Shown here: in pieces, positions 20,891 through 24,000 of the stretch | Layout of the letters: every line of letters begins with the position of its first letter | Numbering within the stretch: position 1 is the stretch's first letter | Source: Roseobacter phage DSS3P8 | Length of the DNA: 24,000 bases | Direction: 5' to 3' (one strand) | Sequence record: KT870145.1 | Made by a program: the position numbers and the translations under genes | The notes under the pieces: generated by a model | The model's database searches: none | What the model saw: only the letters and a program-made list of their open reading frames with translations | Told to the model about the DNA's origin: nothing

Positions 20891-22531
20891 ATGACAAGCA
20901 CACCAAATCCCCGCACAAAGTCACAGGTAGACGTCGCATTCAATGCGTCGCCAGTTCTGCACCCCGACTACCAGTATTGGTCGCCGATGTGGCGGATGAT
21001 CCGCGATGCGGAAATTGGTGAAGTCGAAATCAAGCGCAAGGGGCAGACTTACCTCCCCAAGCTGCAGGGCCACGATCAGGACCAGTACAACTCCTACCTC
21101 CACCGCGCCGTGTTCTTCAACATGACGTCGAAGACCTTGAACGCGCTGTACGGGACAATGTTCCGGCGCAACCCCAAGGTATCCGGCCTTTCCGCCAACC
21201 TCACCAAGATCACAAAGAACTTTTCCAAGGATGGAATGTCCTTGCACCTGACCGCCAAGACTGCCGCAAAGGAAGTCCTCGCTGTCGGGCGTTATGGCAT
21301 GCTCGTTGATGCCGCCCCTGACGGGGCCGGTAACGCGTACGCAGCCTGCTATACCGCAGAGAACATCCTCGACTGGCACATGGAAGAGATCAACGGTACG
21401 TGGGCATACACCCGCGTCGTCCTGCGCGAAATCAGCTACAAGCGCGACAGCCACTTCTCCCCATACGATTACACGTCGCGTTTCCGCGTCCTTGTTCTGC
21501 ACGAACTGCCGGATGGTGGGCACGTGTACGAGCAGCACATCTACGAAGACCGCGACATGCGGGGCATTCCTGACTTCAAGGGGATGCCGGACGGCATCGT
21601 AATTCCGACAGTCCGCGGTGAACCGCTCGGGTACATCCCATTCGCAATCGTGGGGCCGTTCACAAACCACCCTGACGTACAGAAGCCGCCAATCCTCGAC
21701 ATCGTTACGCTGAACTTCAGCCACTACGGTTCGTATGCCCAGCTTGAGCAGGGCCGCTTCTATACCGCAAACCCAGTCTACTACACGTCCAGCGGCACCG
21801 CCGACGACGGCGAGGGTGAATACTATGTCGGCCCCGACGTTGTCTGGGAGCTTGGCAAGGATGGCAAGGCAGGCGTCATCGAGTTTCAGGGCCACGGCCT
21901 CAAGTTCCTTGAGAGCGCACTCGACATGAAGGAATCGCAGATCGCGGCTCTTGGTGGTCGGATGATGCCGGGACTTTCGCGCGGCGCTGCCGAAAGCGAC
22001 AACAGTCTCAAGATGAAGGAGCAGAACGAACAGACCCTGCTTCTCAACATCTCAGACACCATGGACGAAGCCTTCACGCAGATCATCAAGTGGTGGGCCG
22101 ATTGGAACAACGCTCCGGGATCAGTCGTCGACAAGATCGTATTTGAGACCAACCGCGACTTCCTGCTGAAGGACATCGGCGCTCGCGAGTTCCGGGCGAT
22201 CCATCAGATGTACGCAGATGGGGTCATCCCGCTTGATGTCGTCTATGAGTATCTGCGCAAGGCAGAGGTCATCCCTGAGTGGATGGATGATGTCGAGTAC
22301 AAGAAGCTTCTCAACGATTCCAAGCAGTTCCCGCACATGGTCGACGTTCTTGCGCGCATGAACGATTACCCTGACGCAAAGTCCTTCCTTGAGTACAAGA
22401 TGCAGAAGGAAGAGTGGGCGCACGCCGCACAGGAAGTTAAGCCGTCTCCGAACGATCCTTCCGCACCACCGGTACCGAAGCAGGCGATGGACGCGCGCGC
22501 GGTAGACAAGAAGCGGGAGGCAGCGCAGTAA
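20891..22531 (+). CDS. Phage portal protein (DUF4055-like)
   Basis: 546-aa ORF with NPKVSGLSANLTKITKNFSKDGMSLHLTAKTAAKEVLAVGRYGMLVDAA... and ...SALDMKESQIAALGGRM, portal/DUF4055 features; start of the virion module. Confidence 0.85.
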   Translation: MTSTPNPRTKSQVDVAFNASPVLHPDYQYWSPMWRMIRDAEIGEVEIKRKGQTYLPKLQGHDQDQYNSYLHRAVFFNMTSKTLNALYGTMFRRNPKVSGLSANLTKITKNFSKDGMSLHLTAKTAAKEVLAVGRYGMLVDAAPDGAGNAYAACYTAENILDWHMEEINGTWAYTRVVLREISYKRDSHFSPYDYTSRFRVLVLHELPDGGHVYEQHIYEDRDMRGIPDFKGMPDGIVIPTVRGEPLGYIPFAIVGPFTNHPDVQKPPILDIVTLNFSHYGSYAQLEQGRFYTANPVYYTSSGTADDGEGEYYVGPDVVWELGKDGKAGVIEFQGHGLKFLESALDMKESQIAALGGRMMPGLSRGAAESDNSLKMKEQNEQTLLLNISDTMDEAFTQIIKWWADWNNAPGSVVDKIVFETNRDFLLKDIGAREFRAIHQMYADGVIPLDVVYEYLRKAEVIPEWMDDVEYKKLLNDSKQFPHMVDVLARMNDYPDAKSFLEYKMQKEEWAHAAQEVKPSPNDPSAPPVPKQAMDARAVDKKREAAQ

Positions 22532-22804
22532 ATGCCCAGCCTCTCCGACCTCAAGACCCAGAGCCTTCTCGAAGCCATCTTGAGCGAGCTTCGTGAAATC
22601 CGCAAGATTGTGGCAGAGCCTACGGAACCGGGCTATCCGGACCCGTACCTCCCACCACCATACATCCCGACAAGTCCGGCAAACCCCCCACGCGAGTGGC
22701 CTGCTCGGAACTGTTCTCGCTGTGGAATCCAGCTCAGCGGGGTGATGGGGTATTCCTGCCAGCACGCTGATTGTCCAACGGGCCTCGGCCCTACTATCTG
22801 CTGA
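22532..22804 (+). CDS. Small hypothetical, Pro-rich middle, C-terminal Cys motif
   Basis: Start immediately follows the portal stop (TAAATG); CSRCG...CQHADC. Confidence 0.75.
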   Translation: MPSLSDLKTQSLLEAILSELREIRKIVAEPTEPGYPDPYLPPPYIPTSPANPPREWPARNCSRCGIQLSGVMGYSCQHADCPTGLGPTIC

Positions 22805-22812
22805 GAGAAGAC

Positions 22813-23025
22813 ATGAAGGCACGTTACGGCATCAACCCAGACTATCTCGATCACGACGAGATCGATCACGACGCCGCAGAGGCATTGGACGACTTCGACA
22901 ACGGGATGATCACTCTGGACGAATTGAAGGAACACATCGGTCCGGAGGGCGTCCGCGCGCTTCTGGAACGCTTGGAAGATGAAGGCGAAATCCACCGCCT
23001 TTTTGACGACCCGGAAGATTATTGA
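22813..23025 (+). CDS. Small acidic hypothetical protein
   Basis: MKARYGINPDYLDHDEIDHDAAEALDDFDNGMITLDELKEHIG... Confidence 0.75.
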   Translation: MKARYGINPDYLDHDEIDHDAAEALDDFDNGMITLDELKEHIGPEGVRALLERLEDEGEIHRLFDDPEDY

Positions 23026-23044
23026 CCAACCTCGTGAATGTCAA

Positions 23045-23105
23045 TGATATATTTGACCCGTTTTGTCACTTTTCTTGACATCTCGTCAAAAACCGGCTAG
23101 AAATA
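23045..23105 (+). promoter_or_regulatory. Promoter module type 2, copy 4
   Basis: TTTGACCCGTTTTGTCACTTTTCTTGACA-17 nt-TAGAAA. Confidence 0.65.
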
Positions 23106-23244
23106 CGGACATTGAAACGACGCATGAAGCGGATGTGACATATTCCGCGACTAACGTCACACGACCGAGGGGACCCACCCTCACCCAGCATCGGCGATGC
23201 AGGATCACACACACAAGGGAACACGGCGGGGCCGTGGGAAACAT

Positions 23245-24000
23245 ATGGCAACTCTTAGCTACGCAAGTCTCTCCGAAGTACCGGAATCTCTCCGGGACAG
23301 TGCCAAGGAAAGCGAAGACGGCAAGTACACCGTGAAGGTGGCACCGGCTGACAAGATTCAGGAATTCCGTGAGAACAACGTAAAGCTCTCACAGCAGCGT
23401 GACGATTTGGTCGGCAAGGTGACCAAGTACGAACAGGTTACGGGCGTATCGCTCGACGATCTCCCGACCGGGAAGCTGGACGACTTTGCAAAGATGCTGG
23501 AAAAGCTGCGTGACACCTCCAAGCGTGTTGCTGACGGCGCTCTGGTTGAGAATACGTCGCTTGAAGAAGCGGCAGCAGCACGGGTTACGGAAGTGACCAA
23601 CAATCTCAAGGCCCAGCTCGCTGAAATGGCCCGTGATCGTGATGCACAGAAGGAACGTGCGAAGTCCGCGGACGAACGCGCCAACCAGATGCAGGTCGAG
23701 AACTCGATCCGTTTGGCGGCAAGTGACCCGGACGTAGCCATGCTCGACAAGGCCGTAAACCTCGTCCTGCCTTCGGCCTTCAAGGTCTTCAAGGTGGATG
23801 ACAGCGGCAAGCTGATGCCGAAGACGACGGATGGCACAGTGATCTACGGTTCAGACGGCGTAACGCCGATGTCCGTGAAGGAATGGCTGCTCAAGCAGCG
23901 TGACGACAATGGGTTCCTGTTCAAGGGATCGCAGGGTGGTGGCGCGAGCGGCTCGGACCAGAAGCAGAGCGGACGTTTGTCCGCGGCAGAACTGGCAGGG
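23245..24000 (+). CDS. Probable head scaffolding protein (partial, runs off window)
   Basis: MATLSYASLSEVPESLRDSAKESEDGKYTVKV...; long charged coiled-coil region then Gly/Ser/Gln-rich tail; position after the portal gene. Confidence 0.7.
   Translation, partial: MATLSYASLSEVPESLRDSAKESEDGKYTVKVAPADKIQEFRENNVKLSQQRDDLVGKVTKYEQVTGVSLDDLPTGKLDDFAKMLEKLRDTSKRVADGALVENTSLEEAAAARVTEVTNNLKAQLAEMARDRDAQKERAKSADERANQMQVENSIRLAASDPDVAMLDKAVNLVLPSAFKVFKVDDSGKLMPKTTDGTVIYGSDGVTPMSVKEWLLKQRDDNGFLFKGSQGGGASGSDQKQSGRLSAAELAG

Noticed and set aside
20921-21895. 324-aa minus-strand ORF antisense to the portal gene
   Set aside because: Shadow ORF of a well-supported portal CDS; no SD or domain.

Overview
The window looks like part of a tailed-phage (or prophage) genome, probably with an alphaproteobacterial host. 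Everything I can call with confidence is on the + strand. (i) 1-4.8 kb: an array of small, mostly unassignable early genes. Most are preceded by a near-identical ~85-nt leader/promoter module and several are followed by a GGGCAGGC..GCCTGCCC hairpin. There is an exact parS-like 16-mer (TGTTTCACGTGAAACA) at 841-856. (ii) 4.8-6.3 kb: a non-coding low-complexity and palindromic region. (iii) 6.4-20.8 kb: a very large RNA cluster with about 40 tRNA or tRNA-like genes, whose readable anticodons cover all 20 amino acids. It also holds a circularly permuted (two-piece, alphaproteobacterial-type) tmRNA with predicted tag ANINNAPMEMAIAA*, and a ~0.95-kb ORF-poor, highly structured stretch (7.93-8.91 kb) that is a candidate giant ornate RNA (GOLLD/ROOL-like). 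Several tRNA-like genes are aberrant: short, missing an anticodon arm, or with class/anticodon mismatch. The cluster is interspersed with genes for a COG3541-like nucleotidyltransferase, an adenine-methyltransferase-like protein, a SLOG/DUF2493 protein, a PTH2-like peptidyl-tRNA hydrolase, a YkuK/RNase H-like protein and two DUF1127 proteins. (iv) 20.9-24 kb: the virion module, with a DUF4055-like portal and a scaffold-like coiled-coil protein. All assignments come from reading motifs by eye; no database or folding program was run.
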